Assembly (NCBI GenBank): GCA_963796055.1
Contig: CAWCKH010000004.1
Location: forward strand, 1,216,001-1,280,000
Length of the DNA stretch: 64,000 bases
Source of the DNA: an uncultured delta proteobacterium
GTDB taxonomy: Bacteria; Myxococcota; Myxococcia; Myxococcales; Myxococcaceae
Direction: 5' to 3'
The notes beneath the pieces are model-generated. The model saw only the letters and a program-made list of their open reading frames with translations. It did no database searches and had not been told where the DNA came from. This document shows, one piece after another, positions 1 through 9,694 of this stretch; position 1 is the first letter of the stretch; every line of letters begins with the position of its first letter. The translations under genes and the position numbers were made by a program.

Positions 1-1886
1 CGCGCCGAATCGAAGCCGACGGCGTCCAGCAAGGTGGGGGTGCTGTCCTTGTAGGCCTCGCTGTAGAGGCGGACGAAGCGCTTCGTCGCCTCGTGGCTGC
101 TGTCCGCGTAGAAGCCGTCCACGAAGACGCTGCAGAGGACGAACTTCCCGCCCCGCTCGATCAGCTGGGGAATGCCGTCCGCGTTCTTCGGCGAGTTCCA
201 CCCGTTCCCTCCGAGCAAGGTCACGGTGCGGATGTCCTTCTTGCCAGTGGTCTTCTTGAGGTTCTCGATCTCCTTCGGGTCGCAGGTGTTGGTGATGATG
301 TCCTCCACCGCCAGCGCCGGCGCCACCAGCCCCACCCGCTGCCACTCGTCGGGAATGAAGAGCGCCTCGAAGTCCACGATGGGATCGAGCTTGCTCTTCG
401 CCTTCTCCACCGCCTTGCGCCGGCGGTAGCTGTCCTTGACGTCCTTGGTGGCCTCCTGGACCTCCTCGAAGTAATCGCGGCGGTCCTCGAGGTAGTACCG
501 GCCCACCAGCTTCTTGGCCTGGGCGGTGAACGTCGTCTGGTCGGCGGTGTAGCTCTCGGCGCCGCGCATCGCCCCGCCGCGCTCCACCACGTCGTCCCAG
601 AAGTCGTTGGTCATCTCCACCCCGTACGGCGTGTTGGGGTAGAGGACGGCGAAGCTCCTGTAGCCCATGACCTTGGTGGCCCAGTCCACCAGCGCCTGGG
701 TCTGGGCCGAGTAGGTCAGCATGTTCCGGAAGACGAACGGACCGATGTCGGTCACGTCCTCGCTCCGGGTGAGGGTCAGCAGTGGCAGGCCGAGGTCCTG
801 CGCCACCAGCGCCGCGCGCTTGCTGTCCTCGATGAACAGCGGGCCGATGGCCGCCACCGCGCCATCGTTGAAGACCAGCTCCTCCACCGCGGTGGCCGCG
901 CGCGTGCCGTCGCCCTGCGTGTCCTTGACCACCAGCTCCACGTCGCTGCCCTTGAGCCCCAGGCGAATGCCGCGCATCACCGCCTCGCCGAAGGCCTTGT
1001 ACTTGCCGGTGAGCGGCAGCAGCACGCCGAGCGTCCGCCCGCGCACCTGGCCCACCCGGTCGGCGCGGGCCAGCATCTCCTGCGCCTCGGTGGTATAGGG
1101 GCTGCCCGGGGCGCTGGAGAGCAGCGACTGCAGGGTGGCCTTCAGCCTCGGCACGTCGCGGGTGTGCTGGTACACCCGCGCCAGCTTGAAGGTGAGGAGC
1201 GGCCAGGCCGGGTGCGAGGGCGACAGGTCCGCCTGCACGCGGGCGACCTCGTCGCTGCCCACCTGCGCGTCCACCAGCTCGCCGAGGTGCGCCAGCGCCG
1301 CGCTGCGCTCCTCGGGGGTGGAGGCCTGCTCGGCCTTCTGCAGCGCCATCTTCATCGCCTGGTCGTAGAGGCGGGCGCCCTCGGCGGAACGGCGCAGGGC
1401 ATCCTCCAGCTGCGCCCGCTGCTCGGCTGGAACGCGGTCCCGGAGTGGAAGCAAGGTCTGGTACGCGTCCCGGTAGGCCTTCAGCTCCAGCGCCGACAGG
1501 CCGAGCTTGAACCGCGCGTCCTGCGCCTGGGGGAAGAGGGGGTTCTCGAAGAGCAGCTCGTTGAACTGCTTCCGGGCGTTGACGTAGTCACCCAGCTCGA
1601 AGGAAAGGACCCCGGCCCGGTACAGCGCATCCTCGCCCGCGGTGGTCGCAGGGTAGGCCTTGCGGAAGTTCAGGTAGATCTCGACCTGCTTCCGCTTCGG
1701 CTGACTCTTCGCGCTGGCCTCGAGCTGGGCGAGCGCCTGGTCGGCGCTGGGGTCGTTGCGGATCTCCGCGCTCGGCTTGCGAGGTGGAGCGCCCGGCAGC
1801 TCCGGCATCGCGCCGGAACCCTGGCTGGCACAGGCGAGGGCGAGCAGGACGGCCAGCGCGGCCGCCGCGAGGCGGAGGTGCATCAT
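1..1886 (-). CDS. Lipoprotein with TPR-like N-terminus and periplasmic-binding-protein C-terminus (LpoA/LppC-like penicillin-binding protein activator); 3' end runs off the window
   Basis: Translated by hand; absent from the ORF track because it has no stop in the window. MMHLRLAAAALAVLLALAC lipobox, TPR-like helices (ALYRAGVLSFELGDYVNARKQF), then GVLLPLTGKY, IGPLF and LYPNTPYG motifs typical of type-I PBP/LppC domains. Confidence 0.75.
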   Translation of the reverse strand, partial: MMHLRLAAAALAVLLALACASQGSGAMPELPGAPPRKPSAEIRNDPSADQALAQLEASAKSQPKRKQVEIYLNFRKAYPATTAGEDALYRAGVLSFELGDYVNARKQFNELLFENPLFPQAQDARFKLGLSALELKAYRDAYQTLLPLRDRVPAEQRAQLEDALRRSAEGARLYDQAMKMALQKAEQASTPEERSAALAHLGELVDAQVGSDEVARVQADLSPSHPAWPLLTFKLARVYQHTRDVPRLKATLQSLLSSAPGSPYTTEAQEMLARADRVGQVRGRTLGVLLPLTGKYKAFGEAVMRGIRLGLKGSDVELVVKDTQGDGTRAATAVEELVFNDGAVAAIGPLFIEDSKRAALVAQDLGLPLLTLTRSEDVTDIGPFVFRNMLTYSAQTQALVDWATKVMGYRSFAVLYPNTPYGVEMTNDFWDDVVERGGAMRGAESYTADQTTFTAQAKKLVGRYYLEDRRDYFEEVQEATKDVKDSYRRRKAVEKAKSKLDPIVDFEALFIPDEWQRVGLVAPALAVEDIITNTCDPKEIENLKKTTGKKDIRTVTLLGGNGWNSPKNADGIPQLIERGGKFVLCSVFVDGFYADSSHEATKRFVRLYSEAYKDSTPTLLDAVGFDSA

Positions 1887-1936
1887 GGGGGTCGCTCCTT
1901 ACCAGACTGCGGCGGACGGGCGACCCCTTGCGAGCG

Positions 1937-2173
1937 CTACGCCAGTCGCTGGGGCGAGTAAGTGACTTCGCGCATCCCACCCTCGGCGTGGATCTGCTCC
2001 AGGAAACGGGAGAAGGCGTCGAGCGTGCAGGCAGGCCCCGGCGGTCCGAGGCGGCAGACCGCCACTCCGTCCCGCTCGACGAGGATGGTCTCTCCGGCCT
2101 GCGCTCGCTCCAGCAGCTCGGCGAAACGGACGATGGCCTCTGCCTCGGCGACTCGGGTCGGCATGCGTCGCAT
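1937..2173 (-). CDS. Phd/YefM-like type II antitoxin (orphan)
   Basis: MPTRVAEAEAIVRFAELLERAQAGETILVERDGVAVCRL fits the prevent-host-death N-terminal pattern; GGAGGA RBS just upstream of ATG 2173. Confidence 0.65.
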   Translation of the reverse strand: MRRMPTRVAEAEAIVRFAELLERAQAGETILVERDGVAVCRLGPPGPACTLDAFSRFLEQIHAEGGMREVTYSPQRLA

Positions 2174-2379
2174 TTCCTCCTGGGCCGCGCGGGTCGCAAG
2201 CCGCATCGAGTCAACCCCGACACACCGCCCGTCCGGGGTGCGGGCGTGCGAGGCGAACCGCGGTCCTCCGAACGGGGAGCGCGCGCAGCCTGCGCCAGAC
2301 CGGTCGCGATCTGTCGCGCGGGACCAGGGACCGGCGCATCGAGATCGGGAAGCACCCGAATGCGTTCGTGCGGATGAAA

Positions 2380-2395
2380 TTCACTTGCGGTGCCA
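2380..2395 (-). promoter_or_regulatory. Possible sigma54 -24/-12 element
   Basis: Minus strand reads TGGCACCGCAAGTGAA (GG-N10-GA variant). Confidence 0.35.
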
Positions 2396-2469
2396 GGGAA
2401 TCCGCGGCTGGTGATTTGTGCGCAGGAGCGTTCCGGCTCCGCCACACGAGGTTGCGCAGGGTTTGCGCC

Positions 2470-2774
2470 CACGACACCAACGCCACCAGTGTCGAGAACG
2501 CCGGCGCCGGCGGATGGGCGTCGATCTTCGAGCTGAGCCAGCACAGCGCCAACGCCGACGAGGGCCGGCTCTCGACGAGGGCGACAACGAGGTCACCGGT
2601 ATCCACGTCTCGGACAGCGATCCGAGCGCGAACGGCGTCCTCGGCGCCAAGGTGCTCCGGTTCGGCCACGACGGGTGGCGGATGTTCTGGACCCAGCAGC
2701 ACGGCGACAACGTGACCTGGGAAGTCACCCGGGCGAAGCACGGGGACAACGACGACGACCACGACGACTGGTAG
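2470..2774 (+). pseudogene. Remnant of a PhoX/DUF839-like alkaline phosphatase (5'-truncated, internal deletion with frame change)
   Basis: Frame A reads DTNATSVENAGAGGWASIFELSQHSANADEGRLS. Frame B reads DEGDNEVTGIHVSDSDP...GWRMFWTQQHGDNVTWEV, which resembles C-terminal PhoX-like motifs. No credible start. Confidence 0.55.
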
Positions 2775-2862
2775 CTGACCGTCCCCTGCCTTCCATTGGA
2801 GCCGCGGGTCCCTTGCGCCCCGCGCGGCGCGGTCCAGAATCTGCCGACCGGGGAGGAGTTCC

Positions 2863-3903
2863 ATGGGCACGCACCCTCTGACCGCCTGCAGCCTCGCGGC
2901 GCTGCTCGGCGTCGCCTCGAGCACCTGGGCCGGCGAAGACCGCGACCGGCCCGAGCACGACCACGAGCGCGAGCACGTCCTCCGCGTTCCGCAGCGGTAT
3001 GCCACCATCCAGGCCGCAGTGGACGCGGCGAGCGACGGCGATCAGATCGTCGTCGGCCGGGGGCACTTCTGCGGCGCGACCATCACCACCCGGGTGGACC
3101 TGAAGGGAAAGCAGGGGGCGACCATCATCGGCTGCGAGGCGCCGGTGTCTGGCGCGTACCGGGTCGGGTTCCTGCTGCCCGATGCGCGGGCCTCCGGGAC
3201 GAAGGTCCACGGCTTTCGCTTCGACGGCCGGGGCGTGTCGAACGCGAACCTCCTGCCTCTCGGCGCGGGCATCCTCGCCCGGTCCGCCGACGACGTGACC
3301 GTGCTGGACAACGACTTCCAGGGGACGTTCCAGGCGGTGACCAACACCGACGGGAGCCACTGGAACGTCCTCTTCAACCGCATCGAGCATCTGACCGCGC
3401 TCACCTGCGATGGCGGATGCGCGGGCGGTGACGCGATCGTGTTCCAGCAGCGGCTGGTGCTGGACCGCCGCCCCACGGGCAATCTCGCCGCCTTCAACCA
3501 TGTCCAGGGAGACATCCCGGATGGGCTGAACGAGTTCTCGATGACCGGGGTCTTCGTCCTCGGCCAGCACCGGGCGCGGGTGGTGGCGAACGTGTTCGAG
3601 ATCCCCGACAACCCCGCCGCCGCGGGTCAGGGCGTGGGCGTGCTGGTGAGCGACCAGTGCTGCGCCAACGTGGTGGTCTCGACCTCCATCAAGACCGATG
3701 TGCTCTTCAACGACGGCCGCCGCTCCGAGCTCGTCCTGCGCGTGGACACCGACGCGCAGGGCGGGGCGGGGAATCTCGAAGGCGCACGCATCTTCGGGAA
3801 TCGCGGAAAGGTCGAACTGCCGGCACAGACGTCACCGCACGTCGCCGCTGCCCGGGACGGAGCCGCCATCGCCCCTCGGTTCGCCCACGTGATCCTCTTC
3901 TGA
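2863..3903 (+). CDS. Secreted right-handed parallel beta-helix (pectin-lyase-fold) protein
   Basis: GGAGGAG RBS, signal peptide, VPQRYATIQAAVDAASDGDQIVVGRG cap motif, Asn-ladder repeats. Confidence 0.75.
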   Translation: MGTHPLTACSLAALLGVASSTWAGEDRDRPEHDHEREHVLRVPQRYATIQAAVDAASDGDQIVVGRGHFCGATITTRVDLKGKQGATIIGCEAPVSGAYRVGFLLPDARASGTKVHGFRFDGRGVSNANLLPLGAGILARSADDVTVLDNDFQGTFQAVTNTDGSHWNVLFNRIEHLTALTCDGGCAGGDAIVFQQRLVLDRRPTGNLAAFNHVQGDIPDGLNEFSMTGVFVLGQHRARVVANVFEIPDNPAAAGQGVGVLVSDQCCANVVVSTSIKTDVLFNDGRRSELVLRVDTDAQGGAGNLEGARIFGNRGKVELPAQTSPHVAAARDGAAIAPRFAHVILF

Positions 3904-3924
3904 CCCTGCGACGCCGGTCCGGCA

Positions 3925-3952
3925 CGAGTTCTCGCGAGGTCGCGAAAACTCG
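3925..3952. promoter_or_regulatory. Near-perfect palindrome; candidate enhancer (bEBP) site or terminator
   Basis: CGAGTTCTCGCGA-GG-TCGCGAAAACTCG, one mismatch; lies upstream of a sigma54-like motif. Confidence 0.45.
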
Positions 3953-4009
3953 CGACCGATGTACCGGCTCATCCCGGCGAAAGAACTTGGTTCAGACGGG
4001 CGAACGACA

Positions 4010-4026
4010 CCGGCATGCCCGGTGCT
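4010..4026 (+). promoter_or_regulatory. sigma54 -24/-12 promoter candidate for the RND operon
   Basis: CCGGCATGCCCGGTGCT, GG-N10-GC spacing. Confidence 0.45.
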
Positions 4027-4113
4027 CCGGGGGCACCCGTCATGGCCACCGACCGACGGAGCCCCCACCCATCGACTGCCGCCAACCCCGGGCGTGTCGA
4101 GCGCTCACCTCGA

Positions 4114-5124
4114 ATGCTCTCCACGTCGCTCGCGTTGCTGGCCCTGGGCTGTTCCTGGGCCGGGGAGCCCCCTCCGCGGCCAGGGCCCAGCCTGGCTCCC
4201 AGGGTCGTCCGCGTCGGACAGGCCGACCGGGTTCCCCGAGCGGTCCGGACCGAGGTGGTCGGGACCGTCCGCGCCACGCGCGGCGCGACCATCGCCCCGC
4301 TGATCAGCGGCACGGTGACCGAGGTCCGCGTCGGTCTCGGGAGCTCGGTCCGGGCCGGAGAGGTCCTGGTGAGATTGTCGGCCCGCGAGGTCGAGGCGCG
4401 CCTCGAGCAAACCCGGGCCGTCTCGGCGCAGGCCAGGCGCGACCACGATCGGGCCACCACCCTCAAGGAGCAGGGGGCCATGTCCGTCGCTCAGTACGAG
4501 GCAGCCATGTCGCAATGGAGCATCGCCCAGGCGAGACAGGCCGAGGCGAGCACCATCGCCGACCGCACGGTTCTCCGGGCACCGTTCGCCGGGGTGATCA
4601 CCGCCAAGCTCGCCAACGTCGGAGACACTGCGCTGCCCGGGCAAGCGCTCCTCGTCCTGGAAGCCCGTGCGGCGCTCCGCTTCGAGTCGCAGGTCCCCGA
4701 GACCGCCGCGGATGACCTGGCCGTCGGCGACCGTTTGCCGGTTCGGCTCGACGGTCTGGACCAGGACATCGAGGGACGCATCGCCGAGATCCAGCCCGCC
4801 TCGAACGACGCCACCAGAACCCGGCTGGTGAAGATCGACCTCCCGGAGACACCTGGACTCCGGTCCGGCCAGTTCGGTCGGGTGCTGCTCTCCAGCGGCC
4901 AGTCGCTGGTGGTGACGGTGCCCTCGGAGGCGATCGCCCGCCACGGCCAGCTCGAGACCGTGTTCGTGGTCGATTCGGGAACCGCCCGGCTGCGCCTGGT
5001 GCGCTCCGGCCGAGAGCGCGATGGCCGCGTGGAGATCTCCTCGGGCCTCTCCGGGGGCGAGAAGCTGGCGCTGGCCGGAGCCGCGGACCTCATCGATGGC
5101 CAGCGCGTGGAGGAGGCGCGATGA
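4114..5124 (+). CDS. RND efflux periplasmic adaptor (membrane fusion protein)
   Basis: Lipoyl-hairpin motifs (ISGTVTEVRVGLGSSVRAGEVL; LRAPFAGVIT); LALGC possible lipobox; ATGA overlap with the next gene. Start could be as early as 4015. Confidence 0.9.
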   Translation: MLSTSLALLALGCSWAGEPPPRPGPSLAPRVVRVGQADRVPRAVRTEVVGTVRATRGATIAPLISGTVTEVRVGLGSSVRAGEVLVRLSAREVEARLEQTRAVSAQARRDHDRATTLKEQGAMSVAQYEAAMSQWSIAQARQAEASTIADRTVLRAPFAGVITAKLANVGDTALPGQALLVLEARAALRFESQVPETAADDLAVGDRLPVRLDGLDQDIEGRIAEIQPASNDATRTRLVKIDLPETPGLRSGQFGRVLLSSGQSLVVTVPSEAIARHGQLETVFVVDSGTARLRLVRSGRERDGRVEISSGLSGGEKLALAGAADLIDGQRVEEAR

Positions 5125-8100
5125 ACCGCTCGCCTCGTCTGGGTCTGGCTGGAGCCATCGCCCAGGCCTTCGTCGCTTCCAGACTGACCCCGCTCCTGAT
5201 CACCGGCTCGGTCCTCCTGGGTCTACTGGCGATCGTGGCTCTCCCGCGCGAGGAGGAGCCTCAGATCAGGGTGCCGGTGGTGGACATCCTGGTCGCCATG
5301 CCGGGGTCGAGCGCCGCGGAGGTCGAGAGCCGGATCTCCGCACCGCTGGAGCGGCTGATGTGGGAGATCCCCGGCGTCGAGTACGTCTACTCGACCAGCC
5401 AGCCGGGACGCGCCCTGATCGTCGTTCGCTACCGGGTGGGTGAGAACACCGAGCAGTCGCTGGTCAAGCTCTACCAGAAGCTCCAGGCGAACCCCGACCG
5501 GATCCCTCCCGGAGCGTCTCCGCCGCTGGTCAAGGCGCGTTCCGTCGACGACGTGCCCATCCTCGCGCTGACCTTTCACTCGCAACGTTACGACCATCTG
5601 ACCTTGCGGCGGGTCGCGGCGCAGGTCGCTGCCGAGATCAAGCACGTGCCCGAGGTCTCGGAGACCACCCTCATCGGCGGCTACCGGCGACAGGTCCGGC
5701 TCCATCTCGACCCGGCCGCTCTCGCCGCCCGCGGGCTTGGGGTTCTCGACCTGCTGCGGGCCCTCGGCCCGGCCAATCGCCAGGAGGTCGCCGGGGCGCT
5801 GACGACCGGCGACCGCGACCTCATCGTCCAGACCGGCGCCTTCTTCACCAGCGCCGACGACGTGGCCTCCGCCGTCGTGGGCGTCCACGCGGGCAACCCG
5901 GTCTACCTCCGGGATGTGGCAGAGGTGAGGGACGACTCCGAGGAGCCGACGCAGTACGTCCTGTACGGCACCGGGGCGGCCAGCACCCGCCGCGTCGACG
6001 GCGAGGAACCGGCGGTCACGCTCTCCATCGCCAAGCGGCCGGGGAGCAATGCCATCGCAGTGGCCCGGGCCGTGCTGGCACAGACCGAGCGGCTGAAGGG
6101 GACGGCGATTCCCGCTGACGTCTCCATCTCGATCACCCGGCACTACGGGGCGTCGGCGGCGGAGAAGTCGAACGAGCTCCTCCTCCATATGGCCATCGCG
6201 CTGGTGGGAGTCTCCCTCCTCGTCCTCTTCCTGCTCGGCTGGCGCGAGTCGGTGGTGGTCGCGGTCGCGATTCCATCGACTCTGGCGCTGATGCTCCTGG
6301 TCTTCTTCCTGCTCGGCTACACGCTCAACCGGATCACGCTCTTCGCGATGATCTTCTCCATCGGCATCCTCGTCGACGATGCCATCGTCGTGGTCGAGAA
6401 CATCGTCCGGCATCGTGATCTCCAGGGGTCGCAGCGCCGCTCGCTCAGGGAGATCGCGGTGGAAGCGGTCGCCGAGGTGGGCAACCCCACAGTCCTCGCC
6501 ACGCTGACGGTGATCGCCGCCATCCTGCCGATGGCGTTCGTCGGCGGCCTGAGTGGGCCGTATCTGCGGCCGATTCCCGTCGGTGCCTCGGTGGCGATGG
6601 TGTTCTCGCTTCTGGTCGCCTTCGTGGTGACGCCCTGGGCCGCCGCGCGACTCCTCCGGTCGCGCGGTGAAGCTCATGCCCCGCGAGAAGATCAGGAGGA
6701 CCGTGCGACCCGGGCTTACCGCTGGCTCATGTCCCGGCTCGTCGGCCGATCGGTCTGGCGCTGGTCGTTCCTGGGCGGGATCGGCGTCCTCCTCCTCGGA
6801 GCCATGGCCTTCGTTCCCGCCGGCTGGGTGCGGGTCAAGATGCTGCCCTTCGACAACAAGAGCGAGCTGGAGATCGTCCTCAACATGCCCGAGGACAGCT
6901 CGCTGGAACGCACTGCGCAGGTGGCCCGGGAGATCGCCGCCGCCATCCGCCAGGAGAAGGAGGTCACCGACTATCAGGTCTACGTCGGGACGGCGGCTCC
7001 CTACAGCTTCAACGGGCTCATGCGGCACTACTACCTCCGGCAGGGCTCCAGCGTGGCGGAAGTCCAGGTCAACTTGCTCCCCAAGCACCAGCGTTCGGTG
7101 CAGAGCCACGCCTTCGCCCTCCGCATCCGACCCACCGTCGCCGCCATCGCCGCCCGTCACGGAGCCCGTGTTGCAGTGGCCGAGGTACCGCCCGGGCCGC
7201 CCGTGCTTCAGACGCTCGTCGCCGAGGTCTACGGGCCGGACCGCGCGACGCGCCAGCGCCTGGCCGAACGCATGCGAACCCTCTTCACCGCCACGCCCGC
7301 GGTGGTCGACGTCGACTGGTACGTGGAGTCTCCGCACCCCAAGGAGGTCCTCGTCGTCGACAAGGAGAAGGCCGCCCTTCACGGCATCACTGCCGACAGC
7401 GTCGCTCGGACGCTCCGCGTCGCGGTGAGCGGCGAGTCGGTCGGGCGACTGCACGTGCCGGATGACCAGGAGGACGTCGACATCGTGCTCGACTTGCCTC
7501 GGATGCAGCGTGCTCAGCTGGCCGATCTGCTGGCCATCCAGCTTCCCGACGGACGTGGTCAGTCCATGGTTCCGCTCAGCGAGCTGGTCCGCGTCGCGAG
7601 CACCGAGGAGGACCGGAGCATCCACCACAAGAATCTCTTGCCGGTGGTCTACGTCACCGGTGACGTCGCGGGGAGCGCCGGAAGCCCGGCCTACGCCATT
7701 CTCCAGATGAACAAGGCCATCGCCGCGTTCGCCGAGCCGGTCGCCATCTACAACTCCACCCAGCCGCCCAGCGATGCACGACCAGCCATCAAGTGGGACG
7801 GGGAGTGGCACATCACGCTCGAGCTGTTCCGCGACCTCGGCGCGGCGCTGGCGATCGTCCTCCTCCTCATCTACGGCCTGCTGGTGGGCTGGTTTCGTTC
7901 CTTCCTGACGCCCCTCATCGTCATGGCGGCCATCCCCTTCTCCCTGGTGGGGATCCTCCCGGCGCATGCGGCCCTGGGGGCGTTCTTCACCGCGCCGTCG
8001 ATGATCGGTTTCATGGCCGGGGCGGGGATCGTGGTGCGCAACTCCATCATCCTGGTCGACTTCGCCGAGGTCAGGATCCGCCAGGGGGTGCCGGTGGAGC

Positions 8101-8396
8101 AGGCAGTCGTGGACGCCGGGGCGGTCCGCTTCCGGCCGATGCTCCTCACCGCGCTGGCAGTGACCGTGGGCTCGGCGATGATCCTCTTCGACCCCATCTT
8201 CCAGGGCCTGGCAATCTCACTGGCCGCAGGAGAGCTCGCCTCCCTGTTCATCAGCCGGATGGCGGTCCCGGTGCTTTACGCGATGACCCGCGGGCGGGGG
8301 CGGCTCGGGGTCGAGGTCGCGACCCCACCTTCCCCGGGGCGAGCGCCCGGCGGCGAGAACCCGCCCTCGCGTCAGCTGCCCGTGTTCCAGGAGTAG
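5121..8396 (+). CDS. RND efflux transporter permease subunit (AcrB family)
   Basis: 1091 aa; GILVDDAIVVVEN and RFRPMLLT motifs; two hydrophobic TM bundles. Confidence 0.95.
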   Translation: MNRSPRLGLAGAIAQAFVASRLTPLLITGSVLLGLLAIVALPREEEPQIRVPVVDILVAMPGSSAAEVESRISAPLERLMWEIPGVEYVYSTSQPGRALIVVRYRVGENTEQSLVKLYQKLQANPDRIPPGASPPLVKARSVDDVPILALTFHSQRYDHLTLRRVAAQVAAEIKHVPEVSETTLIGGYRRQVRLHLDPAALAARGLGVLDLLRALGPANRQEVAGALTTGDRDLIVQTGAFFTSADDVASAVVGVHAGNPVYLRDVAEVRDDSEEPTQYVLYGTGAASTRRVDGEEPAVTLSIAKRPGSNAIAVARAVLAQTERLKGTAIPADVSISITRHYGASAAEKSNELLLHMAIALVGVSLLVLFLLGWRESVVVAVAIPSTLALMLLVFFLLGYTLNRITLFAMIFSIGILVDDAIVVVENIVRHRDLQGSQRRSLREIAVEAVAEVGNPTVLATLTVIAAILPMAFVGGLSGPYLRPIPVGASVAMVFSLLVAFVVTPWAAARLLRSRGEAHAPREDQEDRATRAYRWLMSRLVGRSVWRWSFLGGIGVLLLGAMAFVPAGWVRVKMLPFDNKSELEIVLNMPEDSSLERTAQVAREIAAAIRQEKEVTDYQVYVGTAAPYSFNGLMRHYYLRQGSSVAEVQVNLLPKHQRSVQSHAFALRIRPTVAAIAARHGARVAVAEVPPGPPVLQTLVAEVYGPDRATRQRLAERMRTLFTATPAVVDVDWYVESPHPKEVLVVDKEKAALHGITADSVARTLRVAVSGESVGRLHVPDDQEDVDIVLDLPRMQRAQLADLLAIQLPDGRGQSMVPLSELVRVASTEEDRSIHHKNLLPVVYVTGDVAGSAGSPAYAILQMNKAIAAFAEPVAIYNSTQPPSDARPAIKWDGEWHITLELFRDLGAALAIVLLLIYGLLVGWFRSFLTPLIVMAAIPFSLVGILPAHAALGAFFTAPSMIGFMAGAGIVVRNSIILVDFAEVRIRQGVPVEQAVVDAGAVRFRPMLLTALAVTVGSAMILFDPIFQGLAISLAAGELASLFISRMAVPVLYAMTRGRGRLGVEVATPPSPGRAPGGENPPSRQLPVFQE

Positions 8397-8513
8397 TCCG
8401 ACGCAAGGCTTGCGCGTCCTGATTCCCGCCGCGTCGCGCTCCGAACCCCCCCGTGACGGCTGTCCACTCCTGACGTGTCGAGGACGACGCTCGGCCGCCT
8501 CCCTGCTCCGGGA

Positions 8514-8529
8514 CGGCACGGGAGATGCT
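8514..8529 (+). promoter_or_regulatory. sigma54 -24/-12 promoter candidate for amrS-amrB
   Basis: CGGCACG-GGAG-ATGCT closely matches TGGCACG-N4-TTGCW; about 30 nt upstream of the start. Confidence 0.6.
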
Positions 8530-8557
8530 ATCGACGGGGTGGATGGGGAGTGTGCCC

Positions 8558-9694
8558 ATGACTCGACCCTCGAGCGCGGCAAGGGCCCTTCGCGAGGAGA
8601 TCGCCCCCGGCGTCGTCCGCGGCGACTGGTGGCATCGCCTCGACGATGGCCGCATCCAGTGCGATGTCTGCCCGCGCTTCTGCAAGCTCCACGAAGGTCA
8701 GAAGGCGTTCTGCTTCGTCCGTGAGGCCCGAGGCGGCGAGATCGTGCTCACCAGCTATGGGCGCGCGACCGGCTTCTGCATCGACCCCATCGAGAAGAAG
8801 CCGCTCAACCACTTCTACCCGGGCTCGAGCGTGCTGTCCTTCGGCACCGCGGGCTGCAATCTCGGTTGCCGCTTCTGCCAGAACTGGGACATCTCCAAGG
8901 CCCGCGAGGACCGCATCCTGTCCGCGAGAGCGTCGCCGAGCCGGGTCGCCGAGGCTGCGCTGGAGGCCGGCTGCAAGAGCCTCGCCTTCACCTACAACGA
9001 CCCGATCATCTTCGCCGAGTACGCGATCGACTGCGCCATCGAGGCGCACGCCCGCGGCATCAAGACGGTGGCGGTGTCGAGCGGCTACATGGCGCCGGAG
9101 TCCCGACGCGCCTTCTACGCTCACATGGACGCGGCGAACATCGATCTCAAGGCCTTCACCGAAAGCTTCTACCGTGGGCTCAGCTTCGCGCACCTCGAGC
9201 CGGTGCTCGACACACTGAAGTGGCTCCGACACCAGACCGAGGTCTGGCTCGAGGTCACGACGCTTCTGATCCCCGGCCGCAACGATTCCGAGGAGGAGGT
9301 GGAGAAGCTCTGCGCCTGGTTCGCCAGGGAGCTCGGACCGGAGGTGCCGCTCCACTTCACTGCCTTCCACCCCGACTTCATGATGCTGGACGTGCCGCCC
9401 ACGCCGGCGGCCACGCTGAGCCGGGCTCGCGAGCAGGGGAAGGCCGCGGGCCTGAAGCACGTGTACACGGGGAACGTCCGCGACGCCCGTGGCCAGTCGA
9501 CCTACTGCGCGGCCTGCGGCCACCAGATCATCGGCCGGGATGGTTACGAGATCCTCGACTGGCAGCTCGACGGAGAGGGCCGGTGCAACACATGTGGAGA
9601 GCGGCTCGCCGGCCACTTCGACCCCGAGCCGGGTCGCTGGGGGTCCAGACGAAGGCCGCTCATCCTCGCCGCCGACGATGCCCTCGAACCCTGA
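8558..9694 (+). CDS. amrS: AmmeMemoRadiSam system radical SAM enzyme
   Basis: CDVCPRFC N-terminal motif, DPIEKKPLNHFYPG, CNLGCRFCQNWDIS (CxxxCxxC), C-terminal CxxC pairs. Confidence 0.9.
   Translation: MTRPSSAARALREEIAPGVVRGDWWHRLDDGRIQCDVCPRFCKLHEGQKAFCFVREARGGEIVLTSYGRATGFCIDPIEKKPLNHFYPGSSVLSFGTAGCNLGCRFCQNWDISKAREDRILSARASPSRVAEAALEAGCKSLAFTYNDPIIFAEYAIDCAIEAHARGIKTVAVSSGYMAPESRRAFYAHMDAANIDLKAFTESFYRGLSFAHLEPVLDTLKWLRHQTEVWLEVTTLLIPGRNDSEEEVEKLCAWFARELGPEVPLHFTAFHPDFMMLDVPPTPAATLSRAREQGKAAGLKHVYTGNVRDARGQSTYCAACGHQIIGRDGYEILDWQLDGEGRCNTCGERLAGHFDPEPGRWGSRRRPLILAADDALEP

Noticed and set aside
93..1961. 622-aa plus-strand ORF
   Set aside because: Antisense to the lipoprotein gene, which has a lipobox and family motifs.
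5223..7967. 914-aa minus-strand ORF
   Set aside because: Shadow of the RND permease.
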